Below, piece by piece: positions 42,470 through 55,573 of a DNA stretch of 64,000 nucleotides. The stretch is from Gemmatimonadales bacterium (GTDB lineage: Bacteria; Gemmatimonadota; Gemmatimonadetes; Gemmatimonadales; GWC2-71-9): positions 1,736-65,735 of the forward strand of contig JAICWE010000001.1 of the NCBI GenBank assembly GCA_025934955.1. Direction: 5' to 3'. Each line of letters starts with the position of its first letter. Position 1 is the first letter of the stretch. Made by a program: the position numbers and the translations under genes. The notes below the pieces were generated by a model, which did not search any database, was not told where the DNA came from, and was given only the letters and a program-made list of their open reading frames with translations.

Positions 42470-42526
42470 GGCCCACCGCCGACCTCTCCGGCCGGCCGGG
42501 CCAACCCGACAACCGATGGAGGCACC

Positions 42527-47098
<4,572 letters not shown>

Positions 47099-47173
47099 CC
47101 CCGCCGCTCCCCGGCGCGGCACTCGGCTCCGCCGCGCCTCCGAGCGAGTGCCGACGGAGGATCGAATGCCGTC

Positions 47174-48253
47174 CTACCGCATCGCTACCCGCCGCTCGGG
47201 GCCGGCGTAGCTGGCGTCGTGGCGATAGCGCCGCTCGTTGCCGCGCCACGGCTCGGCCGGCTCCTCGGCGGCGAGATCGCCGCGGTCATCTGCCATCCGC
47301 GCGTGCGCGTCGCCCTCGTTCTCCACTCGCGCCTCCTCGTGCTTCACCTCGTCGGTCACGTGCCGCGTGTCCTGCACGGTCCGCTTGCCGAGCGTGACCT
47401 CCTCGCGCACCACGGGCGTCTTCTCGACGCGCACCTTCTCCTCCATGATCGGCACCCGGATCTCCTCGCGATCGGCCAGTTCGCCTTTGGCCGGCACATC
47501 ACCCGAGACCGAATGCCGCTCGATGACGACTTCCTCGCGTGACACCGGCACGTCGATGGATCGCTGCTCGGTGACGACCTCCTTGCGGACCCGCACCTCG
47601 CCGGCCTGCACCTGCTCCTTTCGCACGCGGAGCTGCTCCTCGCGAAGCTGGAGGCGCTGGGCCTGCAGCGAGCGCGGCCGCTCGTCCGCGGTCGTCGCGG
47701 TCGCCGTCTTCCGCCGCTCGATGTCCTCCGTCGGGCCGAGATCGGCGCCGGCGTCGTCGAGGATCCGATACGCCTCGCCGGCACGGGTGCCGCCGTTCAC
47801 CGTCACCAGGACCCGTCCCTCGCGTACGCCACGGTCGAAATGCCGCGCCTCCGGCTCGGAGACGCCGAGTCCCATGAGCGCCCCGATTATCCCGCCCGCC
47901 GCCGCGCCGACACCGATGCCGACCAGCGTCGAGCCGAGCCAGCCGGCGACGATGATCGGCCCGACGCCCGGCACGAAGAGCGAACCGAGCAGCCCGACCA
48001 GGCCGCCGATGATGCCACCGCTTACCGCGCCGCGCGCCGCCTTCTCGCCCACCGGCGAGGTGCCGGTGTCCGTCCGCTCCGTCAGATCGCGCTGCTCCTC
48101 GGTGTCGCGCATGGCGACGCCGATCTGATCGTTGTCGAACCCCGCGTCCTTGAGCGCCTCGATTGCCCGCTCGGCGCGCCGGGTGTCGGGGAAGAGGCCC
48201 ACGACCGTGCTGGCCGTGCCGGTCGCGTTTTCGCCCTGTTGATTGATTGCCAT
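47174..48253 (-). CDS. YsnF/AvaK (DUF2382) domain protein with N-terminal YflT-like general stress domain
   Basis: VVGLF...AE.AI..L, Gly-rich hairpin, LREEQL.V.K, VPV.REEV.IER repeats. Confidence 0.85.
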   Translation of the reverse strand: MAINQQGENATGTASTVVGLFPDTRRAERAIEALKDAGFDNDQIGVAMRDTEEQRDLTERTDTGTSPVGEKAARGAVSGGIIGGLVGLLGSLFVPGVGPIIVAGWLGSTLVGIGVGAAAGGIIGALMGLGVSEPEARHFDRGVREGRVLVTVNGGTRAGEAYRILDDAGADLGPTEDIERRKTATATTADERPRSLQAQRLQLREEQLRVRKEQVQAGEVRVRKEVVTEQRSIDVPVSREEVVIERHSVSGDVPAKGELADREEIRVPIMEEKVRVEKTPVVREEVTLGKRTVQDTRHVTDEVKHEEARVENEGDAHARMADDRGDLAAEEPAEPWRGNERRYRHDASYAGPERRVAMR

Positions 48254-48469
48254 TGTACCACTCCGGATTGCTCGCCGCCCGTGTGACCAGATGCACTGCC
48301 GACTGCTGTCACTGGACGATTCGGCGGCGTGAGACTGCAGGCAGGCGCGCGACCGGTCCGGCCGCGCACAACGGACCGCGAAGCTAGAGCGCGGTGCGCT
48401 GCGATGTGGTGACGGGACTCACAGCTTCGCGAGCAAGTGGCGGATCGGCGCGACGCGACGGCTGCGGGA

Positions 48470-49396
48470 TCAGCGTGCGGCGGGGATGATCATGTCGCGC
48501 ACAAGTTCGAGGTGCCGCGCCGCGCGATCAGGCGGCGTCCCCGGGTCCGCGGCGATCGCGACGACGAGATCGAGATCGGGCACGGCGACGACATACTGGC
48601 CGCCGAGGCCGGTCATCCAGTAGCCCGGGTGTCCGTGGAGATCACCGGCGTGCCAGGAGTAACCCTGCTCAGCCGCGTCCTTTGCCCATCCGGCGGGTAG
48701 CACCGCGCGACCGTTCCAGCAGCCGTCACGCAGGTACAGGTAACCGATCCGCGCGAGATCGCGCGCGGCGAGCCGGAGCCCGAAGCCGGGCGACACCTCG
48801 CCGGCGCTGTCCGCCGGCCAGGTCCAGCGTCCGTCACGGATGCCGATGGGCGTGAAGAGCCGGTCGACCGCGATCTGCCGCGTGCTGCGACGCATGCTGC
48901 GTGAGAGCGCGATCGCGAGGAGCTGGGGTGCCACCGGACTCGCGGACGCCAGCAGCTCCCGCAGCGTGATGGTGCGCGCCGGGTCGCTGCTGTCGGCAAA
49001 GGCGTTGGGCGGCAGCACCGCGGCGAGCGGAAGGTCGGCGCTGGCGATCGCCCCGCTCGCCACAGCGGCCCCCACGACGGTCGTGAGCACCGCGCGGGTG
49101 CCGGTGGCCAGCTCGAACGCCTCCCGCGACCCGTAGCCATGGTAGTATCGCTCGGCCACCAGATAGCCGTGCCGCACCACCAGCAGCGCGTAGACGCCCG
49201 GCAGATCCCGGCCGGCCGTATCCATGGCGCGGTTGAGCGCGTTGCCGTCGGTGTTCTGGGCGAACGGGTTGGCCCGCGTCCACTCCTCGCCGGGCCAGAC
49301 GCCGCCCGCCTCACAGCGCGCGCCCGTCTCCTGCGCCGAGGCGACGGCGGCGGTCAATTGAACAGCGATGAGCAGAGCGGCCATTCGTGCGGCCAC
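48470..49396 (-). CDS. Beta-lactamase-family (serine hydrolase) fold protein, degenerate active site
   Basis: LLVVRHG.LV.E.Y, ITLRELL, LFTPIGI, ARDLARIG.LYL, G.GGQY; SxxK replaced by TGTR. Confidence 0.75.
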   Translation of the reverse strand: MAARMAALLIAVQLTAAVASAQETGARCEAGGVWPGEEWTRANPFAQNTDGNALNRAMDTAGRDLPGVYALLVVRHGYLVAERYYHGYGSREAFELATGTRAVLTTVVGAAVASGAIASADLPLAAVLPPNAFADSSDPARTITLRELLASASPVAPQLLAIALSRSMRRSTRQIAVDRLFTPIGIRDGRWTWPADSAGEVSPGFGLRLAARDLARIGYLYLRDGCWNGRAVLPAGWAKDAAEQGYSWHAGDLHGHPGYWMTGLGGQYVVAVPDLDLVVAIAADPGTPPDRAARHLELVRDMIIPAAR

Positions 49397-49519
49397 GCGG
49401 ACCTCGCGATGAGCGGATAGGCTACGTGCCAGCGGGAGACGAGCGGTGGTTGCGATTCGGCACGTCCGCTCGGCGGGTCGGTGAGCCGGGCTCTTGACGC
49501 CGCGTCACGTAATATGAAA

Positions 49520-49539
49520 CTTGCTTGCTGACAAGCAAG
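49520..49539. promoter_or_regulatory. Palindromic operator candidate for the TetR regulator
   Basis: CTTGCTTG-CTGA-CAAGCAAG perfect inverted repeat just upstream of tetR. Confidence 0.6.
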
Positions 49540-49563
49540 CCGGTCCCGCCGCACCGAGGTCGA

Positions 49564-50226
49564 ATGACCCAGCCGATCGAAAGGGAGCGTAACGCCGCCC
49601 GCACCCGCGAGACGATCCTGGACGCCGCCGAGCGGCTGTTCGCGGAGCGGGGCTTTGAGGCGACGAGTCTCCAGCAAGTCGGCGCATCGGCCGGCGTCTC
49701 CCGTGGCGCGCCCGGCTACTTCTTCCGTTCCAAGGCCGCGCTCTACCAGGCCGTGCTCGACCGCTGCGTCGCCGAAGTTCGCGACGCGGTACGCGGCGGC
49801 CGGGCCCGCGCGCTCGCCAGCGGTGAGCGCGCCGAGGTGATTCTCGCCGGCGCGGTCGCGGAGTACTTCGACTTCCTCGCCGCGCGGCCCAACTTCCTGC
49901 GCCTGGTCGAGCGCGAGGCGCTCCGCAGCGGTCCGCCGCGCGACGGCGCCGCGTTCGGAACCGCCGGCCAGGAGGCGCTCGCCGCCATCGCCGAGGAGCT
50001 CGGCGTGGACGCGCGCTCCGACGACACGGCGCAGCTCCTTCTCAGCATCGTCGCCCTCTGCTGGTTTCCGTTCGTGCATGCCCGCACCGTCGCCCCGGCC
50101 ATCGGCGTGCAACTCGATGCCGCCGCCGATCTCGAGCGCCGCAAGCGGCACGTGGTCGAGCTGGTACTGCACGGCCTCCGGGCGAACGCCGCCGCTCCTC
50201 TCCTCGAGGCTACGACCCATGACTGA
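49564..50226 (+). CDS. TetR/AcrR-family transcriptional regulator
   Basis: TRETILDAAERLFAERGF, GVSRG...YFFRSK..LY. Confidence 0.92.
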   Translation: MTQPIERERNAARTRETILDAAERLFAERGFEATSLQQVGASAGVSRGAPGYFFRSKAALYQAVLDRCVAEVRDAVRGGRARALASGERAEVILAGAVAEYFDFLAARPNFLRLVEREALRSGPPRDGAAFGTAGQEALAAIAEELGVDARSDDTAQLLLSIVALCWFPFVHARTVAPAIGVQLDAAADLERRKRHVVELVLHGLRANAAAPLLEATTHD

Positions 50227-52105
50227 CGTGCTGACGCCCACGGGCGCATCGAACGCGGGCGCGCCGAAGCCCAACACGCCGCTCGCCACCGAGCAGGAGG
50301 CCCGCGAGGTCGCCGAGGCGGCGCGAGAGAAGGAATGGACGTCGCCCAGTTTCGTGCGAGAGTTGTTCGCGGGCCGTCTCCGGCTCGACCTGGTGCATCC
50401 CTTCCCCGAGCTCGACGCCGCGGAGGTCGAGCGCGCGCGGCCGTTCATGGAGCGGCTCGAGCGCTTCCTGCGTGATGAAGTGGACGGCGACCGCATCGAC
50501 CGCGAGGGGAAGATTCCGCCCGAGGTGATCGACGGCCTCCGCCGCCTCGGCGCGTTCGGCATCAAGATCCCGGCGGAGTACGGCGGTCTGGGCCTGAGCC
50601 AGACGAGCTATACCCATGCGATCGGACTCGTCACCAGCCACGATGGGAGCCTCACCGCGCTGCTCAGCGCCGCGCAGTCCATCGGCGTGCCGCAGCCGCT
50701 CAAGCTCTTCGGCACGCCGGAGCAGAAACAGCGGTACCTGCCCCGGCTGGCCCGGGGCGCCATCTCCGCCTTCGCGCTCACCGAGACCAACGTCGGGTCC
50801 GACCCCGCCGCGCTCTCCACCCACGCCGAGCTCTCGGCCGACGCCACCCACTGGATCCTCAACGGTGAGAAGCTCTGGTGCACCAATGGCACCGTCGCCG
50901 AGCTGATGGTGGTGATGGCGCGGACCGGGCCGAAGAAGATCACCGCGTTCATCGTCGAGGCCGACTGGCCCGGTGTCGAGGTGGTGCAGCGGCTCGACTT
51001 CATGGGCCTCAAAGGGATCGAGAACGGCATCATCCGCTTCACCGACGTGCGGGTGCCGGCGGAAAACGTGCTCTGGGGTGAGGGCAAAGGCCTGAAGCTC
51101 GCGCTCATCACGCTCAACACCGGGCGGCTGACACTGCCGGCGTCCGCCGCCGCGTGCGCCAAGCGCTGCCTCGAGATCGCGCGCCGCTGGAGCGGCGAGC
51201 GGGTGCAGTGGGGCCAGCCGATCGGCAGGCACGACGCCGTCGCCCAGAAGCTCGGCCGCATGGCCGCCGACACTTTCGGGATGGAGGCGGTGAGCGACCT
51301 CGCCTCCCGGATGGCGGATCGCGGCGGCACCGACATCCGGCTCGAGGCCGCGATGGCCAAGATGTGGAACACCGAGATGGGCTGGCGCATCGTGGACGAC
51401 ACGCTCCAGATCCGCGGCGGTCGCGGCTACGAGACGGCGGACAGTCTCCGGAGCCGCGGCGAGCGCCCCGATCCGGTCGAGCGGATGATGCGCGACTTCC
51501 GCATCAACCTGATCTTCGAGGGCTCGAGCGAAATCATGCGGCTGTTCATCGCGCGCGAGGCGGTGGACACGCACCTGAGTCTCGCCGGCGATCTCATCGA
51601 CCCGAGGGCGCCGCGCGCCGCGAAGCTGCGCGCCTTTGCCCGATCCGCCGCGTTCTACTCCCGCTGGTATCCGAAGCTCTGGCTCGGCCTCGACCGGCTG
51701 CCGCTCCATGGCGAGTTCGGCATACTCGCTCCCCATCTCCGTTTCGTGAGCCGGTCGGCTCGGCGGCTGGCGCGGACGCTGTTCCACTGCATGGTGCGCT
51801 TCGGTTCGAAGCTCGAACGTCGCCAGGCGGTGCTGGGGCGCCTGGTGGAGATCGGCGCCGAGCTGCTGGCGATCACCGCCGCGTGCAGCCGTGCCACTGC
51901 GATGGTGAAGGCGGACCCGGCGAACCAGGGCCCGCTTCAGCTCGCCGATCTCTTCAGCCGCCACGCGCGCCGGCGGGTGGAGGAGCGCCTCGCCGCCGTG
52001 TTCGACAACGAGGACGTCGCGACCTACCGCGTGGCGCAGCAGGTCCTGGCCGACGGGCACACCTGGCTCGAGCGCGGCATCGTACGGTACGAGCAGGCGG
52101 ACTGA
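50219..52105 (+). CDS. Acyl-CoA dehydrogenase (long, VLCAD/ACAD9-like)
   Basis: IPAEYGGLG, AFALTE..VGSD, NGEKLWCTNG, GGRGYE, IFEGSSEI, C-terminal extension. Confidence 0.93.
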   Translation: MTDVLTPTGASNAGAPKPNTPLATEQEAREVAEAAREKEWTSPSFVRELFAGRLRLDLVHPFPELDAAEVERARPFMERLERFLRDEVDGDRIDREGKIPPEVIDGLRRLGAFGIKIPAEYGGLGLSQTSYTHAIGLVTSHDGSLTALLSAAQSIGVPQPLKLFGTPEQKQRYLPRLARGAISAFALTETNVGSDPAALSTHAELSADATHWILNGEKLWCTNGTVAELMVVMARTGPKKITAFIVEADWPGVEVVQRLDFMGLKGIENGIIRFTDVRVPAENVLWGEGKGLKLALITLNTGRLTLPASAAACAKRCLEIARRWSGERVQWGQPIGRHDAVAQKLGRMAADTFGMEAVSDLASRMADRGGTDIRLEAAMAKMWNTEMGWRIVDDTLQIRGGRGYETADSLRSRGERPDPVERMMRDFRINLIFEGSSEIMRLFIAREAVDTHLSLAGDLIDPRAPRAAKLRAFARSAAFYSRWYPKLWLGLDRLPLHGEFGILAPHLRFVSRSARRLARTLFHCMVRFGSKLERRQAVLGRLVEIGAELLAITAACSRATAMVKADPANQGPLQLADLFSRHARRRVEERLAAVFDNEDVATYRVAQQVLADGHTWLERGIVRYEQAD

Positions 52106-52153
52106 CCCCGCGGCGCCTTTACCGCGTCCGCGCCGCGGCGCTATCTTGGGTCC

Positions 52154-52543
52154 ATGGCTATCGCTGAAGGCAGAACCGTCTCCTTCACCGGCCCCGAGGC
52201 GATCGACGCCGAGGTGCTGGAGACATTCCCCTACTCCGGCCCCGATCAGGAGATCGTGACGGAGACGCGGGAGTTCAGCGCCGTCTGCCCCTATAGCGGC
52301 CTGCCCGACTACGCGACGCTCACGGTCAAGTACGTTCCGGCGGATCGCTGCATCGAGCTCAAGAGCCTCAAGTACTACGTCACGAGCTTCCGGAACGTCG
52401 GCATCTTCCAGGAGCACGCGACCGCGCGCATCGCCGACGACCTGTATCGGGCGCTCGAGCCCAAGCGACTGGAGATAAGCACCGTGTACAACGTGCGTGG
52501 GGGATTCCTCACGACGTGCACGGTGCAGCTTCCGGGTCGCTGA
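52154..52543 (+). CDS. queF: NADPH-dependent preQ0 (7-cyano-7-deazaguanine) reductase, unimodular type
   Basis: EFSAVCPYSGLPD, ELKSLKYY, RGG. Confidence 0.92.
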   Translation: MAIAEGRTVSFTGPEAIDAEVLETFPYSGPDQEIVTETREFSAVCPYSGLPDYATLTVKYVPADRCIELKSLKYYVTSFRNVGIFQEHATARIADDLYRALEPKRLEISTVYNVRGGFLTTCTVQLPGR

Positions 52544-52619
52544 AGCCGGCGCCCTGCCGCGACGGCGGCAGCGACGCTACGCGACGCTGGTGCGGCGCTG
52601 CAGCTGACGCACCACGACG

Positions 52620-52650
52620 AGCCCCGGCCTCATCGGCCGGGGCTTCGTGT
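52620..52650. terminator. Terminator hairpin between convergent queF and peptidase genes
   Basis: AGCCCCGGCC-TCATC-GGCCGGGGCT followed by TCGTGT. Confidence 0.65.
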
Positions 52651-52663
52651 TCGGAGGCAGTTG

Positions 52664-54199
52664 TCAGCGCGCCGCGAGTCCGGATGACGGCCTGAGCGGC
52701 ACCGTCGGCGGCACCGCCTTCTTCGGCCCGCGCGGGAGCAGCGCGTCGAGGTTCGCGAGCTCGAAGGCCGTCACCGCCATCACCGCCGAGGCCTGCTGCA
52801 GATCGGCCGCGACGGCGTGGTCGTAGGTGTCCACCTGCGAGTGATGGGTATGATTGTAGCCCCGCGACTCCTGATCGTAGTTGAAGCCGGGGACGCCGTA
52901 CGGCAGGAACGAGAGGTGGTCGGTGCCGCCCTTGTTGGCGTCGCGCACCTTGGTCGCGCCCAGGGACGACACCGGCGCGAGGAGATCGGTCCACAGCTTC
53001 GCGAACTCGGGCCGGCCCTGCAGCGCCTGGCCGGTGATCATGCCGGTGCCGTTGTCGAGCACCATGACCGCCTGAATGCTGTCGGCCTCGGCCGCGCGCT
53101 GCGCCGCGTATGCCTTGGAGCCGAGCAGTCCCTCTTCCTCGCCGCTGAAGAGGACGAACCGGATCGTCCGCTTCGGCTTGAGGCCGGACTGCGCGACGAT
53201 GCGCGCCGCCTCCAGCACCGCCATGGCGCCGGCGCCGTTGTCGGTGGTTCCGGTGCCGAGATCCCAGCTGTCGAGGTGCCCGCCCAGGATCACCACCTCG
53301 CCCGGCTCTTCACTCCCGCGGATCTCGGCGACGGTGTTGTACTGCTCGACCGGCCTGGTGCCCAGCGTGTTCTCCACCCGGCCGCTCACCCGCGGCGTCA
53401 CGCCCTGCGCGAGGATCCGCGCGAGCATCGCGTAATCCTCGTGCGCGATCACCAGGTTGGGCAGCGGCGACACGCCGTTCGGCGAGCCGCTCATCGTCAT
53501 CAGCCCCTCCTCCTTGCCGCCGTCGGTGAGCAGGCCCAGCGCACCCGCCGCCTTGAGCCGGAACGCGCGGTCGTAGTTGAATTGCTGCAACTCCTTCAGC
53601 AGCTGCCCGGTGGTGTCGTCCCGGATCTTCTGGAACAGCGCCACCTGCTGCTGCCGCGCCGCCTGTACCGCCGCGGAGTCCGCGGCGGTCATCGCGGGGC
53701 CGTCGGGATTCCAGATTCGCGCCGGCTCGTTCAGCATCACCCACGCGCCCTTCACCTTCGGCAGATTGGCGGCGAGGCTGTCCTGGCCGCCGTTGATCCG
53801 CACCACCGCGCCGGTGACGGTCTTCCCGCCGGTGCCCGCGGTCCACGCCCAGCTGTGCGCGACCATCTCGCGGGTGAACGGCATCTGCAGCATGAGCGTC
53901 GCCGGCCCGCGGCTCCAGGTGACGCCGAACGGATACGCCTCGAGGTGCGTCTGGAGCCCATAGCTCTTGAAGCGCTCGGCGGTCCAGTCGTTGGCGCGGC
54001 GCATCGCGGCCGAGCCCGACAGTCGCGGACCGATGATGTCGGAGAGGTGCTCGAGGTTCGGCATCACCTCGGAGTGGTGCATCGCCTGGTCGATGAGCGC
54101 GCCGGCGCCGGCGGTGTCCACCGTCTGCGCGGAGAGTGGAACGGCCGCGCCCGCCAGCACCAGCGCGGGCAGGAGTGCCAGGAGCGGAAGTCGTCGCAT
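52664..54199 (-). CDS. Secreted M28-family metallopeptidase (carboxypeptidase Q-like)
   Basis: Signal peptide; GHLDSW, DNGAG, GEEEGL, TDH.SF, HH...DT. Confidence 0.9.
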   Translation of the reverse strand: MRRLPLLALLPALVLAGAAVPLSAQTVDTAGAGALIDQAMHHSEVMPNLEHLSDIIGPRLSGSAAMRRANDWTAERFKSYGLQTHLEAYPFGVTWSRGPATLMLQMPFTREMVAHSWAWTAGTGGKTVTGAVVRINGGQDSLAANLPKVKGAWVMLNEPARIWNPDGPAMTAADSAAVQAARQQQVALFQKIRDDTTGQLLKELQQFNYDRAFRLKAAGALGLLTDGGKEEGLMTMSGSPNGVSPLPNLVIAHEDYAMLARILAQGVTPRVSGRVENTLGTRPVEQYNTVAEIRGSEEPGEVVILGGHLDSWDLGTGTTDNGAGAMAVLEAARIVAQSGLKPKRTIRFVLFSGEEEGLLGSKAYAAQRAAEADSIQAVMVLDNGTGMITGQALQGRPEFAKLWTDLLAPVSSLGATKVRDANKGGTDHLSFLPYGVPGFNYDQESRGYNHTHHSQVDTYDHAVAADLQQASAVMAVTAFELANLDALLPRGPKKAVPPTVPLRPSSGLAAR

Positions 54200-54289
54200 G
54201 CGGGGATCACCTGGAGAATGGGAAACGATCGCGACTATGTTTGCAGCGGACCGTGAAATCTACCGCCGCTTCGAGGACGAGGAACCGCC

Positions 54290-55573
54290 GTGTCGAAGGA
54301 TACCCTGAGCGTCACCGACAATCGCACCGGCAGGAGCTACGAGCTGCCGGTCTCCGAGGGCACCATCCGGGCGATGGACCTCCGGCAGATCAAGACCTCC
54401 GACGACGACTTCGGGCTGATGACGTACGATCCGGCGTTCATGAACACCGCATCGTGCCGCAGCGCGATCACCTTCATCGACGGCGAGCGCGGCATTCTCC
54501 GCTACCGCGGCTACCCGATCGAGCAGCTGGCCGAGCGCGCGTCGTTCCTCGAGGTGAGCTACCTGCTGATCCACGGCGAGCTGCCGACGCGGGAGGAGCT
54601 CGACCGGTGGATCGAGGAGGTGCGCTACCATACCTACGTCCACACCAACATCACCAAGTTCCTCGAGGGCTTCCGCTACGACGCCCATCCGATGGGCATG
54701 CTGCTCGGAGCCGTGGGCGCGCTCTCCACGTTCTACCCCGACGCGAAGCACATCCACGATCCCGCCAACCGGCACCTCCAGATGGTGCGGCTCCTGGCCA
54801 AGCTGCCGACCATCGCCGCGTTCGCCTTCCGGCACTCGCGCGGGCTCCCGTTCGTCTTTCCCGACAACGGGCTCGACTACATCGGCAACTACGTCAACAT
54901 GACGTTCAGCATCGGCGGGCGGCACCAGCCGAACAAGGTGCTGCAGCGCGCACTCGAGATCCTGCTCATCCTCCACGCCGACCACGAGCAGAACTGCTCC
55001 ACCAGCGCGGTGCGCTCGGTCGGCAGCAGCCACGTGGATCCGTTCTCGGCGGTGAGCGCGGGGATCGCGGCGCTGTACGGTCCGCTGCATGGCGGCGCCA
55101 ACGAGGCGGTGCTGCTGATGCTGGACGAGATCGGCGAGAAGAAGAACATCCCGGCGTTCATCGAGACGGTCAAGCAGGGCTCCGATCGCCTCATGGGCTT
55201 CGGCCACCGGGTGTACAAGTCGTACGATCCGCGGGCCACGCTGGTGAAGAAGGTGGCGTATGAGGTGTTCGAGCAGACCGGGCTCAATCCCAAGCTCGAG
55301 ATCGCGCTGGAGCTGGAGCGGATCGCGCTGGAGGACGAGTACTTCATCAAGCGGAAGCTCTACCCCAACGTGGACTTCTACTCCGGGCTCATCTATCAGG
55401 CGATGGGCTATCCGACCGACTACTTCACCGTGCTCTTCGCGATCGGCCGCACGCCCGGGTGGCTGGCGCAGTGGCAGGAGATGCTGCTCGACAAGGATCA
55501 GAAGATCTCCCGGCCGCGGCAGATCTACATCGGCGAGGGGAAGCGGGAGTTCGTGCCGATCGAGCGGCGCTAG
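54290..55573 (+). CDS. gltA: Citrate synthase
   Basis: LRYRGYPI, HADHEQN, GPLHGGANE, MGFGHRVY, YPNVDFYSG. Confidence 0.97.
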   Translation: MSKDTLSVTDNRTGRSYELPVSEGTIRAMDLRQIKTSDDDFGLMTYDPAFMNTASCRSAITFIDGERGILRYRGYPIEQLAERASFLEVSYLLIHGELPTREELDRWIEEVRYHTYVHTNITKFLEGFRYDAHPMGMLLGAVGALSTFYPDAKHIHDPANRHLQMVRLLAKLPTIAAFAFRHSRGLPFVFPDNGLDYIGNYVNMTFSIGGRHQPNKVLQRALEILLILHADHEQNCSTSAVRSVGSSHVDPFSAVSAGIAALYGPLHGGANEAVLLMLDEIGEKKNIPAFIETVKQGSDRLMGFGHRVYKSYDPRATLVKKVAYEVFEQTGLNPKLEIALELERIALEDEYFIKRKLYPNVDFYSGLIYQAMGYPTDYFTVLFAIGRTPGWLAQWQEMLLDKDQKISRPRQIYIGEGKREFVPIERR

